Shown piece by piece: positions 56,533-64,000 of a DNA stretch of 64,000 bases. Numbering within the stretch: the stretch's first letter is position 1; every line of letters begins with the position of its first letter. Below the pieces are notes generated by a model, which did not search any database, had not been told where the DNA came from, and saw only the letters and a program-made list of their open reading frames with translations. The position numbers and the translations under genes are program-made. The stretch comes from Dehalococcoidia bacterium (GTDB taxonomy: Bacteria; Chloroflexota; Dehalococcoidia; Bin125), in assembly GCA_965116225.1 (NCBI GenBank), contig OZ220495.1, forward strand, positions 2,261,405-2,325,404, written 5' to 3'.

Positions 56533-57518
56533 CTGCATCCGACCGACATCCGGACGTCGCCGAACCGGTCGATGGTCTGCGGCGGGTCGTGGCGGCGATC
56601 GCATCAGGCCAAGTCGAGCTGGATCCGGAGGATCTGTACGCCCTGTCTCGGCTGCGGAGCGGTTCGCATGAGATCGTCCAGTTGCAGTTCTCGGATTTGG
56701 ATGCGCACGGACGGTTCGCCGCACTTGAGCATCTGCAGCGCGTGGCGATGGACTTCGGCGGCTACGACTTTACCGAGGTGTTTGGCGCGATGACCGCTGA
56801 TGAGGACGCCTCGGTGCGCAGCCTCGCGGTGAATGGCCTGACGTTGTGCGAGACCGCCGGCGCGACGCAGGCGCTGCTCGCGGTTGCCTGCTCAATCGAG
56901 GAAGAGGACAGCGTGCGCGGCGAAGCGGTGAGCGCGTTGGGCGCGATCGCGTTGCGTGTCGAACTGGGCTGGGCGTCGAGCGAGGGTGCTGAGCATGTGA
57001 TCGACACGTTGCGGCAATTCGTCGAGGATGTCACGGAAGACGAGCAGATCCGAGCCTCCGCGCTCGCCAGCGTAGGCGTTGTCTCGGAGGTGTGGGTGGC
57101 CGGATTAATCGAAGAGGCTTTCGACAGCGACTCGGCCGCTCGTCACATAGGGGCGATCGAGGCGATGGGGCGAAGCGCCGATGAGTCGTGGCTGTCGGTG
57201 CTAGAAGGATCGCTCGTCGCCGAGGACGATGACGAGCGGCTGGCGGCGGCGCAGGCGATCGGCGAAATCGGCTCCGAGGAAGGCGCATCGATGCTCCTGG
57301 AGCTGTTCAACGACCCGACCGCGTCCGAGGAGCTGATCCGCGGCGCGGCCGTCGCGCTCGGCGAGATTGGTGGCGAGGAAGCGCTGGAAGAGCTTGAACG
57401 ACTTAGCACCCATCCCGATCCCGCCGTGCGAGAAACCGCGCAGGCAGCTCTCGATTCCGAGTCCTGGCTGAGTGAACTCGGCGACCTGAGCTCGGGACGG
57501 GACGCCGCCAACTGGTAG
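56529..57518 (+). CDS. HEAT/PBS-lyase repeat protein
   Basis: Repeated about 30-aa units rich in ...VR..A..ALG.IG... (e.g., ASVRSLAVNGLTL, DSVRGEAVSALGAIA, ELIRGAAVALGEIG). Start overlaps gpsA stop. Confidence 0.6.
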   Translation: MTASDRHPDVAEPVDGLRRVVAAIASGQVELDPEDLYALSRLRSGSHEIVQLQFSDLDAHGRFAALEHLQRVAMDFGGYDFTEVFGAMTADEDASVRSLAVNGLTLCETAGATQALLAVACSIEEEDSVRGEAVSALGAIALRVELGWASSEGAEHVIDTLRQFVEDVTEDEQIRASALASVGVVSEVWVAGLIEEAFDSDSAARHIGAIEAMGRSADESWLSVLEGSLVAEDDDERLAAAQAIGEIGSEEGASMLLELFNDPTASEELIRGAAVALGEIGGEEALEELERLSTHPDPAVRETAQAALDSESWLSELGDLSSGRDAANW

Positions 57519-57605
57519 TCTGCCTCAGTCCCTGCGTCGTATGCTGCGCGGGTCTCCTGAGCGAGATCGATCCCTCTGATAGATTGACATTCGTCGCGTG
57601 AACGG

Positions 57606-58130
57606 ATGAGGAGCTGGGGCGTGCGGAGCCGCAATGATCGTCGTAGTGATTCCGGTAGCAATCGAGCCGCGCCCTCCCGCAAATTGATCAAAAAAGGCAT
57701 CGCCGTGAGCGCCGGCGGCGTCGTCTGGCGCGAAGCCAGGGAGTGGGGCGACGTTGAGATCGTCCTTGTTCAGACGCCTGCGCGTCGTTGGTCGTTGCCT
57801 AAGGGCACCCCGGAGAATGGTGAGAAGTTGGTCGACACCGCGCTGCGGGAAGTCTCGGAAGAGACGGGCTTGGATGTCTCGCTGGATAAGAAAATCGGTG
57901 TGATGCGTTACTCGTTTCCCGGCGAGCGGGCGCGGATCGATAAGGCCGTGCATTTCTGGCTCATGCGACCGACCGGCGGTTCGTTCGAGCGGCACGACGA
58001 CGAACATATCGACGTCCGCTGGGTCGGCCTGGGCGACGCGATGCGAATGGTGAGCTATCACAACACCGCCTCGTTGCTCGAGGCGGCGGCGGTGCTACTC
58101 GATCGGCGAGCCGATCCCGCGCAAGTGTAA
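57606..58130 (+). CDS. NUDIX hydrolase
   Basis: Nudix box KGTPENGEKLVDTALREVSEETGL. Confidence 0.7.
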   Translation: MRSWGVRSRNDRRSDSGSNRAAPSRKLIKKGIAVSAGGVVWREAREWGDVEIVLVQTPARRWSLPKGTPENGEKLVDTALREVSEETGLDVSLDKKIGVMRYSFPGERARIDKAVHFWLMRPTGGSFERHDDEHIDVRWVGLGDAMRMVSYHNTASLLEAAAVLLDRRADPAQV

Positions 58131-58134
58131 GGCT

Positions 58135-58761
58135 GTGAAGCGCGTTCTACCTACGCTTGATGCGCGGAATCGACCGGAGTCGGAACAGCTGATGGCGACG
58201 AGCCCGCCTGACGTTGTGGCCAAAGGCGAGCTGGTCTTGCTGCGTCGCAAGCGGATCGAAGACGCGAAACTCGACTGGATCTGGCGCACCGATCCCGAAC
58301 TCGCCGAGCTCGATGCCGCGACGATCAGCCCGCTGACCTTCGAGCAGTTTCGTAATCAGTACGCCTGGCAGTTGCGCTCGACGCCGATATATCGCTCAAC
58401 CTTCGCCGTCGAGACGATCGACGGCCCACGCCACATTGGTAACGTGATGTATTACAACACCGACTTCCAACGTCGGCAGACGGAGTTGGGCATCCTGTTG
58501 GGCGACCGGACTACCTGGAACGGCGGGTTCGGCCGCGAGGCGGTTGGGTTGCTGCTCGATCACGTCTTCACGCACACGTCGCTGACACGAGTCTTTCTGC
58601 ACACGTTAGACTGGAACGTGCGCGCCCAGCGAGCGTTCGCGGCGGCCGGTTTTCAAGGCTGTGGGCGCGTCCGACGAGGCAGGGATCGCTTCCACCAGAT
58701 GCACATATTGCGGGAGTGGTTCTGGGAACGGGAATACCAGCGCCGTGCGATGCCAAGCTGA
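58135..58761 (+). CDS. GNAT-family N-acetyltransferase (RimL/RimJ-like)
   Basis: Acetyl-CoA-binding region GILLGDRTTWNGGFGREAVGLLLDHVF...RAQRAFAAAGF. Confidence 0.7.
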   Translation: MKRVLPTLDARNRPESEQLMATSPPDVVAKGELVLLRRKRIEDAKLDWIWRTDPELAELDAATISPLTFEQFRNQYAWQLRSTPIYRSTFAVETIDGPRHIGNVMYYNTDFQRRQTELGILLGDRTTWNGGFGREAVGLLLDHVFTHTSLTRVFLHTLDWNVRAQRAFAAAGFQGCGRVRRGRDRFHQMHILREWFWEREYQRRAMPS

Positions 58762-58788
58762 CGCCGCGGGTTCGGAAAGCAGTCGCAT

Positions 58789-58826
58789 CAATCACCGCGC
58801 CCCTTCCTGAAGGGGCGCGGTGATTG
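58789..58826. terminator. Bidirectional terminator hairpin (17-bp perfect stem caatcaccgcgcccctt / aaggggcgcggtgattg, loop cctg) between convergent genes
   Basis: Perfect inverted repeat located between the GNAT gene stop (58761) and the MaoC-like gene stop (58850). Confidence 0.6.
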
Positions 58827-58849
58827 ACTACCTTGGTCGGCGGTATCGG

Positions 58850-59317
58850 CTAGGAGCGGCTGGGGAGTACGACGACGCCGGTACCTGGGGTGCTGACCGA
58901 CCCGTCGGCGCGAACGCCCTCGATGTTCAGCTCGACGAAGTTGCGCTCGCCCTCGGTGTATTTACGCGTGACGGTACCGCGCAGGGTGAACTTGCGCTCA
59001 ACAGCGGACTCGCGACCCTGCGAGGCCGGATCCATGCCGCGGTAGGAGCATTGCACGCGCTTGACCCGGCCTTCCGGTCCAGCGAACCGCCAGAGCAGCT
59101 CGCCCAGGAACGCGTGCTTGAGCGCGCCGTGCACGATGATGTCGTCGAGACCCGTGTCCTGCGCGTATTTTGTGTCGTAGTGAATCTGGTAGAAGTCGCC
59201 CGAGCCGGCGGCCCAGTAGACAAGCTGCTGGCTGGTCGGGTTCTTCTCGAGTTCGGGGATGCTGTCGCCAACTTCGATGTCCTCGAAGTAGATCTGCGGA
59301 GGGACTGCGTCTGACAT
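58850..59317 (-). CDS. MaoC-like (R)-hydratase hot-dog domain protein (C-terminal-type half)
   Basis: ...YWAAGSGDFYQIHYDTKYAQDTGLDDIIVHGALKHAF... is the MaoC dehydratase hot-dog motif. Confidence 0.7.
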   Translation of the reverse strand: MSDAVPPQIYFEDIEVGDSIPELEKNPTSQQLVYWAAGSGDFYQIHYDTKYAQDTGLDDIIVHGALKHAFLGELLWRFAGPEGRVKRVQCSYRGMDPASQGRESAVERKFTLRGTVTRKYTEGERNFVELNIEGVRADGSVSTPGTGVVVLPSRS

Positions 59318-59368
59318 TGGGATGGGCTCCTTCGTCTGTTCGGTTCGATGGATATTATAACGGGGCGA

Positions 59369-59884
59369 CTAGTCGCCAGGTCGTGGGTAGGAGATGCCGG
59401 TACCGCGCGAGATGGCGACGACCTTGCCGTTCTGGTTGGTATAGGCAGTTTCCGAGACCTGAATCAGCATCGGCACGCCCAAGGCACCGCTCCAACGCTC
59501 GTTCAACGAGGCCAGCGCCGTCGCCGAGGCGAGCGTGTCGCCGGCGCAGATCTGCTCCCCAGTGTACTCGATGTCGGTACCGCCGTTGAGGACGAGCGGG
59601 TAGGGCGAGCGAAAGCCCTGACCGCGACGACCGCCGAACGTGGGGTCCGACTCGGCTGGGTTGAAGATCGGCGTGCCCAAGTAGCCCGGCGGGGCCGGCA
59701 GACTACGGTAGCCGCGCTCGTGAGCGACTGCTTCGTCGTAGAAGACCGGGTCGATATAGCCGACCGAACGGGCGAACATGCGCACGCTCGTGGTCGTCAG
59801 CTCGCCGATCGTCTCGGGTCCCTTGACGCCGATCATCGCGCGCATCTCGTCGGTGATGACCGACTCGAACTCCTGATCTGCCAT
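59369..59884 (-). CDS. MaoC-like/FAS1-type hot-dog fold protein (N-terminal-type half)
   Basis: Start taken at MADQEFE. Hot-dog fold pattern paired with the downstream MaoC gene (split dehydratase arrangement). Confidence 0.6.
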   Translation of the reverse strand: MADQEFESVITDEMRAMIGVKGPETIGELTTTSVRMFARSVGYIDPVFYDEAVAHERGYRSLPAPPGYLGTPIFNPAESDPTFGGRRGQGFRSPYPLVLNGGTDIEYTGEQICAGDTLASATALASLNERWSGALGVPMLIQVSETAYTNQNGKVVAISRGTGISYPRPGD

Positions 59885-59999
59885 GAGATTCCCCCTCATT
59901 TGTCGGATGTGGTTCGCGTTTCGTGTCGATTCGCACATGGCTCGCCTGATATATCAACATCATATCCATTATCTATCGTGTCTGAGCAGTGTAGGCAGT

Positions 60000-60752
60000 C
60001 TAACTGCTGGTGGGAATGCCGCCGGCTGCCTGCGACGGCGAATGAGGGCGAGTCAGCGCGGCAGAGGCAACGATGTGGAGTTTCGGTGGTCGAGCGGGTA
60101 CGGCGAACTCCTCGCTGGTCTCCATATCGATGGCGCAGAAGTTGCCCGCCTTCAGCTCTCGAACCAGATCCTGCCAGGTCTCGATCGCGTCGCTCTCGAA
60201 CCAGGTGGCGACCTTGCCGATGTCGTGGACGGCGTGCGAATCGGTGCCCGCGGTTCCGTTCATGCCCGACGTGGCAGCGAGGTCGGCGGAGAAGCGATTC
60301 TCTCGCTCCTTGCCGCGCCCGTTGAGAATTTCCAGCGCGATCACATGCTCCATGGCGCTGTTGTCGAGCGCGCGGGCGACCGCGATCTCCCAATCCTCTG
60401 GGTTGTCCTTCCAGGCGATCTGACGCCGGTACGGATGTGCGAGCACGAGCGCGCCGCCGCGCTCGTTGACGTGCTCGGCGAGCCGTTCGACACGGTGCAT
60501 GCCGAAGACGTACTTCTCCATGCCCCAGGCCAGAATGTGTCCGGGGTCGGTCGAGACTTCGCAGCCGGGAATGACCACGATGTCGATCTCTTCAGCGATC
60601 GCCTGCGCCTCTTGCTCGGGCCAGAGCGCATCGTGCTCGGTGAGGCAGATGCCGTCCAGGCCGGCCTGTTTGGCGCGTTGGGCGAGATCTCGCGGATCGA
60701 GCACGGAATCGTGCGAGCGCGGCCAAGTGTGGTTGTGAAGGTCAATCAGCAT
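60000..60752 (-). CDS. PHP-domain metal-dependent phosphoesterase
   Basis: MLIDLHNHTWPRSHD... (HxH at N-terminus), ...ICLTEHD..., ...VLAHPYR..., ...GTDSH... are the conserved PHP His/Asp clusters. Confidence 0.7.
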   Translation of the reverse strand: MLIDLHNHTWPRSHDSVLDPRDLAQRAKQAGLDGICLTEHDALWPEQEAQAIAEEIDIVVIPGCEVSTDPGHILAWGMEKYVFGMHRVERLAEHVNERGGALVLAHPYRRQIAWKDNPEDWEIAVARALDNSAMEHVIALEILNGRGKERENRFSADLAATSGMNGTAGTDSHAVHDIGKVATWFESDAIETWQDLVRELKAGNFCAIDMETSEEFAVPARPPKLHIVASAALTRPHSPSQAAGGIPTSS

Positions 60753-60932
60753 GCAGGCGTCTATTCCGGTGAGTGCGATTTCAACCGCCATGCTATCACC
60801 AGTTCGGGCGTAGCCGTCTCGGACGCGGGTTGGAGTCCGTGATTGAGTGAGTTGCTACTGGTGCGCATATACTCCCTCTCAGTCGCCCGTCGCAGTAGGC
60901 GGGGCATAATGCGGAGTGGGGCTGATCCAGTT

Positions 60933-61313
60933 ATGGACAACGTCCTGGAGCAGTACGCGCATCTCGGCATTCTGCTGATCTTCGCCGCGATTTTCCCCTC
61001 GATCCCCTTGGTGGCGTCGTGGGCGATGTTCAAGTTCGGCCTCCGTCCCAGGCTGCCCAATGCGGTCAAGTCAGACACGTATGAGTGTGGCGTCGAAACC
61101 GAAGGGCCGACCTGGGTCCAGTTCAACTTCCGTTACTATCTGGTCGCCCTGATCTTTGTGCTTTTCGACGTCGAAGTGATTTTCCTCTTCCCGCTCGCCG
61201 TGGCGCTCGACTCTGTCGTGGTGACCGGCTTGGTCGCGGCGCTGATCTTCATCGGCGTGTTGTTCCTCGGTCTCGCCTACGAGTGGCGTCGACAAGCACT
61301 GGAGTGGCGCTGA
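60933..61313 (+). CDS. nuoA: NADH-quinone oxidoreductase subunit A
   Basis: 126 aa, three TM helices. ...YECGVETEGP...RYYLVALIFVLFDVEVIFLFP is the NuoA/ND3 signature. Confidence 0.85.
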   Translation: MDNVLEQYAHLGILLIFAAIFPSIPLVASWAMFKFGLRPRLPNAVKSDTYECGVETEGPTWVQFNFRYYLVALIFVLFDVEVIFLFPLAVALDSVVVTGLVAALIFIGVLFLGLAYEWRRQALEWR

Positions 61314-61314
61314 C

Positions 61315-61914
61315 GTGACAACGCAGTATGATGCGACGGCGGCGATGGCGATCGTCAACGCGGGCGCGCCGGCGGCGGCCTGCGCCGATGACGGTGTGCT
61401 GTTCGTGGAACCGGACCGACTGGCGGAGTCGCTGCGGTTGCTGCGCGACTCGGCGGAAAGCGACCTGGTCTTCCTCTGTCATCTGACCGCCATCGACCGC
61501 GAACAGCACTTCGAGGTCGTCTACCACCTCCAGTCGCTGGATCTGAACCACATACTGCAGATCAAAACGAGTGTGAGCGATCGCGAGGACCCGACCGTCC
61601 CGTCGCTGACCGACGTGTATCACGGTGCCCATCTCCAGGAGCGCGAGGTCTTCGACCTGTTCGGGATTCGCTTCGAGGGTCATCCTGATCTGCGCCGCAT
61701 GTTCCTCTGGGACGGGTTCCCGGGCTATCCATTGCGCAAGGACTTTTTACAAATGCCAGGCCAGGTCCGGGCCGGATTGCCCGGTTTCCCGCACGAGGGC
61801 AGTGAGAACGCTTGGCCGATACCTGGTAGCGTGCCGCAGCGTCCAGTGCATCCGAACGATCCTCAGCCCGACGATGGGTTGATCGTCGCCGAAGCGAACG
61901 AAGAGTCGTCATGA
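61315..61914 (+). CDS. nuoC: NADH-quinone oxidoreductase subunit C (30-kDa subunit)
   Basis: ...LTAIDREQHFEVVYHLQSL...EREVFDLFGIRFEGHPDLRRMFLWDGFPGYPLRKDF is the NuoC signature. GTG 2 nt after nuoA stop. Confidence 0.85.
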   Translation: MTTQYDATAAMAIVNAGAPAAACADDGVLFVEPDRLAESLRLLRDSAESDLVFLCHLTAIDREQHFEVVYHLQSLDLNHILQIKTSVSDREDPTVPSLTDVYHGAHLQEREVFDLFGIRFEGHPDLRRMFLWDGFPGYPLRKDFLQMPGQVRAGLPGFPHEGSENAWPIPGSVPQRPVHPNDPQPDDGLIVAEANEESS

Positions 61915-63071
61915 CGGCCGCAGACGACACTCGACTGGCGATGCAAGGCACGATCGATGCGTTGACATCGGGTGACGGCTCGGAGCCGGTGGTGGTCAAC
62001 CTGGGGCCGCAGCATCCCTCAACACACGGCGTGTTCCGACTCAAAGTGACGCTCGACGGCGAGATCGTCAGAGACGCCGAAATGCGAATCGGTTATCTGC
62101 ATCGCTCGATGGAGAAGCTGGCGGAGGAACGAACGTACACTCAGAACATCCCGTTCACAGACCGGATCGACTACCTGGCGGCGATGTCGAATAATCTCGC
62201 CTACTGTCTGGCGGCTGAGCAACTGCTCGGCGTCGAGGTACCACCGCGTGCCAATGCGATCCGGGTGATGTTCGCAGAGTTGCAGCGCGTAGCCTCGCAC
62301 GCGATGGCCAACGGGACCTTCATCAACGATTGCGGCGCCTGGCACACGCCGCTGTTCCACATGTTCCGCGACCGCGAGCGGGTGCTCGACATGTTCGAGA
62401 TGACCTGCGGCGCGCGCCTGACCACCAACTACATGCGCATCGGCGGCGTCGCCTTCGATCTGCCCGATGACCTGCTCCCGACGCTCGAGCGATTTCTCGC
62501 CGATATGCCCGAGAACATCGCCAACTACGAGGCGTTGCTGCTTGAGAACGAAATCCTCCATGCCCGCGCGCGCGGCGTGGGCGTGATCACGCCCGAGATG
62601 GCGATCAATTCATCGTTGTCCGGTCCGGTGCTGCGCGCAACGGGCGTGCCCTGGGATTTGCGTAAGGCGAACCCCTACTGCGGCTACGAGGACTACGAGT
62701 TCAATGTGCCGGTCGGCGAGCGCGGCGACTGCTTCGACCGGTTTCTGGTGCGGATGGCGGAAGTGAAAGAGAGCCTGAAGATTCTCAGGCAAGTGGTCGA
62801 CAATATGCCCGATGGTCCCTACCTCGCCGACCTGCCGCTGCACGCGCGACCGGAACCCGGCGAAGCGTATGCGCGGGTCGAGTCGCCACGCGGCGAACTG
62901 GGTTTCTATCTCGTCTCCGACGGTGGTCCGTCCCCGTATCGGTTCCACTGCCGGCCGCCATCGCTGATTAACCTCACCGCGCTTAAGGAGATGTCGATTG
63001 GAGGTACGCTGGCGGACGCGATCGTGACGTTGGGTTCGATTGACATCGTGGTGGGGGAGATCGATCGATGA
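61911..63071 (+). CDS. nuoD: NADH-quinone oxidoreductase subunit D (49-kDa subunit)
   Basis: ...GPQHPSTHGVFRLKVTLDGEIV...RIGYLHRSMEKLAE... is the NuoD signature. Overlaps nuoC stop. Confidence 0.9.
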   Translation: MTAADDTRLAMQGTIDALTSGDGSEPVVVNLGPQHPSTHGVFRLKVTLDGEIVRDAEMRIGYLHRSMEKLAEERTYTQNIPFTDRIDYLAAMSNNLAYCLAAEQLLGVEVPPRANAIRVMFAELQRVASHAMANGTFINDCGAWHTPLFHMFRDRERVLDMFEMTCGARLTTNYMRIGGVAFDLPDDLLPTLERFLADMPENIANYEALLLENEILHARARGVGVITPEMAINSSLSGPVLRATGVPWDLRKANPYCGYEDYEFNVPVGERGDCFDRFLVRMAEVKESLKILRQVVDNMPDGPYLADLPLHARPEPGEAYARVESPRGELGFYLVSDGGPSPYRFHCRPPSLINLTALKEMSIGGTLADAIVTLGSIDIVVGEIDR

Positions 63072-64000
63072 GCGATTTCTCTGGCCTCGCCAGCGTTCTC
63101 GGTGCCTGGTACGACTTCCGCGATCTGAATAATCTGCAGCGGTTGATCACTGAGTGGATCGCAGGTTGGGGACCGGACTGGCTGGCGTCGTTGGTGACGG
63201 GACTGTTGGGCGCGCTGGGCGTTTTGGGGGTGATCGGGCCGACGCTGCTGATCCTGATCTGGGTCGAGCGTAAGGTGATCGCACGGTTCCAGCAGCGCTA
63301 TGGTCCCAACCGCGTGGGGCCGAAAGGCCTGCTGCAACCAGTCGCCGATGCCGTCAAGCTGATTCTCAAGGAACAGCTGGCGCCGCGAGCGGCGGACAAG
63401 CTGATCTTCTTTCTGCCGCCGGTGTTGATCTTCGTGCCGGGCCTGCTGATCTGGGGCGTGCTGCCGTTCGGCCCTCGCATGTCGGTCGCCGACCTCAACG
63501 TCGGCGTGCTGTTTCTGTTGGCGGTTTCAGGCACGGCTGTGTTGGCGATCTTCATGGCCGGATGGTCGTCCAACAACAAATACGCGCTGTTCGGCGCGAT
63601 GCGCGCGGTGGCGATGTCGATTTCCTATGAGGTGCCGATGGTGCTGGCGCTGCTGACGCTGGTGGTGTTCTCGGGCACGATGTCGGTGAACGGGATCGTG
63701 CAGTGGCAGCAGCAGGAGGATGTGATCTTCATTCTGCTCTTTCCGCTGTCGGCAATTGCGTTCTTCTTCGCAGCCTCGGCTGAGTTGAACCGCACCCCGG
63801 CCGATATCTCGGAGGCGGAGTCGGAGATCGTCGCCGGCTATCACACCGAGTACTCGGGTATGCGATTCGGTCTGTTCTACGCGGTCGAGTTGGGTAACAC
63901 GCTGGTGGTTTCGGGTTTCATCGCCACCTTCTTCCTCGGTGGCTGGTGGTTGTGGGGACTGGATCAGTGGGTACCGAGTTGGATCATCCTGTTGGTCAAG
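63068..64000 (+). CDS. nuoH: NADH-quinone oxidoreductase subunit H (3' partial, runs off window)
   Basis: ATG 63068 overlapping nuoD stop. ...LIWVERKVIARFQQRYGPNRVGPKGLLQPVADAVKL... is the NuoH/ND1 signature. No stop before the window end. Confidence 0.85.
   Translation, partial: MSDFSGLASVLGAWYDFRDLNNLQRLITEWIAGWGPDWLASLVTGLLGALGVLGVIGPTLLILIWVERKVIARFQQRYGPNRVGPKGLLQPVADAVKLILKEQLAPRAADKLIFFLPPVLIFVPGLLIWGVLPFGPRMSVADLNVGVLFLLAVSGTAVLAIFMAGWSSNNKYALFGAMRAVAMSISYEVPMVLALLTLVVFSGTMSVNGIVQWQQQEDVIFILLFPLSAIAFFFAASAELNRTPADISEAESEIVAGYHTEYSGMRFGLFYAVELGNTLVVSGFIATFFLGGWWLWGLDQWVPSWIILLVK

Overview
This is a high-GC (about 65-68%) bacterial chromosomal segment whose gene content (several F420/LLM-type oxidoreductases, a PPOX-class flavin protein, CdaA/CdaR, ComEA/ComEC) suggests an Actinobacteria- or Chloroflexi-like organism. 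The 3' third (about 42-64 kb) is a housekeeping block: serS, tRNA-Ser(UGA), tRNA-Leu(UAA), comEA-comEC, argF, cdaA-cdaR, der, plsY, gpsA and nuoA-C-D-H. The 5' two thirds are metabolically accessory. They contain a peptide-type ABC importer without ATPase genes, a penicillin-acylase-family Ntn hydrolase, an EctB-like aminotransferase next to a copper amine oxidase, a tandem-fused family III CoA-transferase, and three decayed genes: a sugar-binding protein, an acyl-CoA-dehydrogenase-like gene and a PhyH-like dioxygenase. The most notable items are: (1) a UGSC-family selenoprotein gene with an in-frame UGA followed by a hairpin, sitting between an Rdx/SelW-like gene and a translationally coupled unknown gene; (2) a low-GC three-gene island of hypothetical proteins, two ending in Mrr_N-like winged helices, closed by a strong terminator; (3) a single-chain MmeI-like Type IIL/IIG restriction-modification enzyme with a compositionally foreign target-recognition segment; (4) a MoaD/ThiS-like protein carrying a 15-aa extension past its GG motif and ATGA-coupled to a BNR-repeat protein; (5) an HNH nuclease with a C-terminal membrane anchor. 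All calls rest on reading the sequence and protein motifs by eye; no database searches were run.
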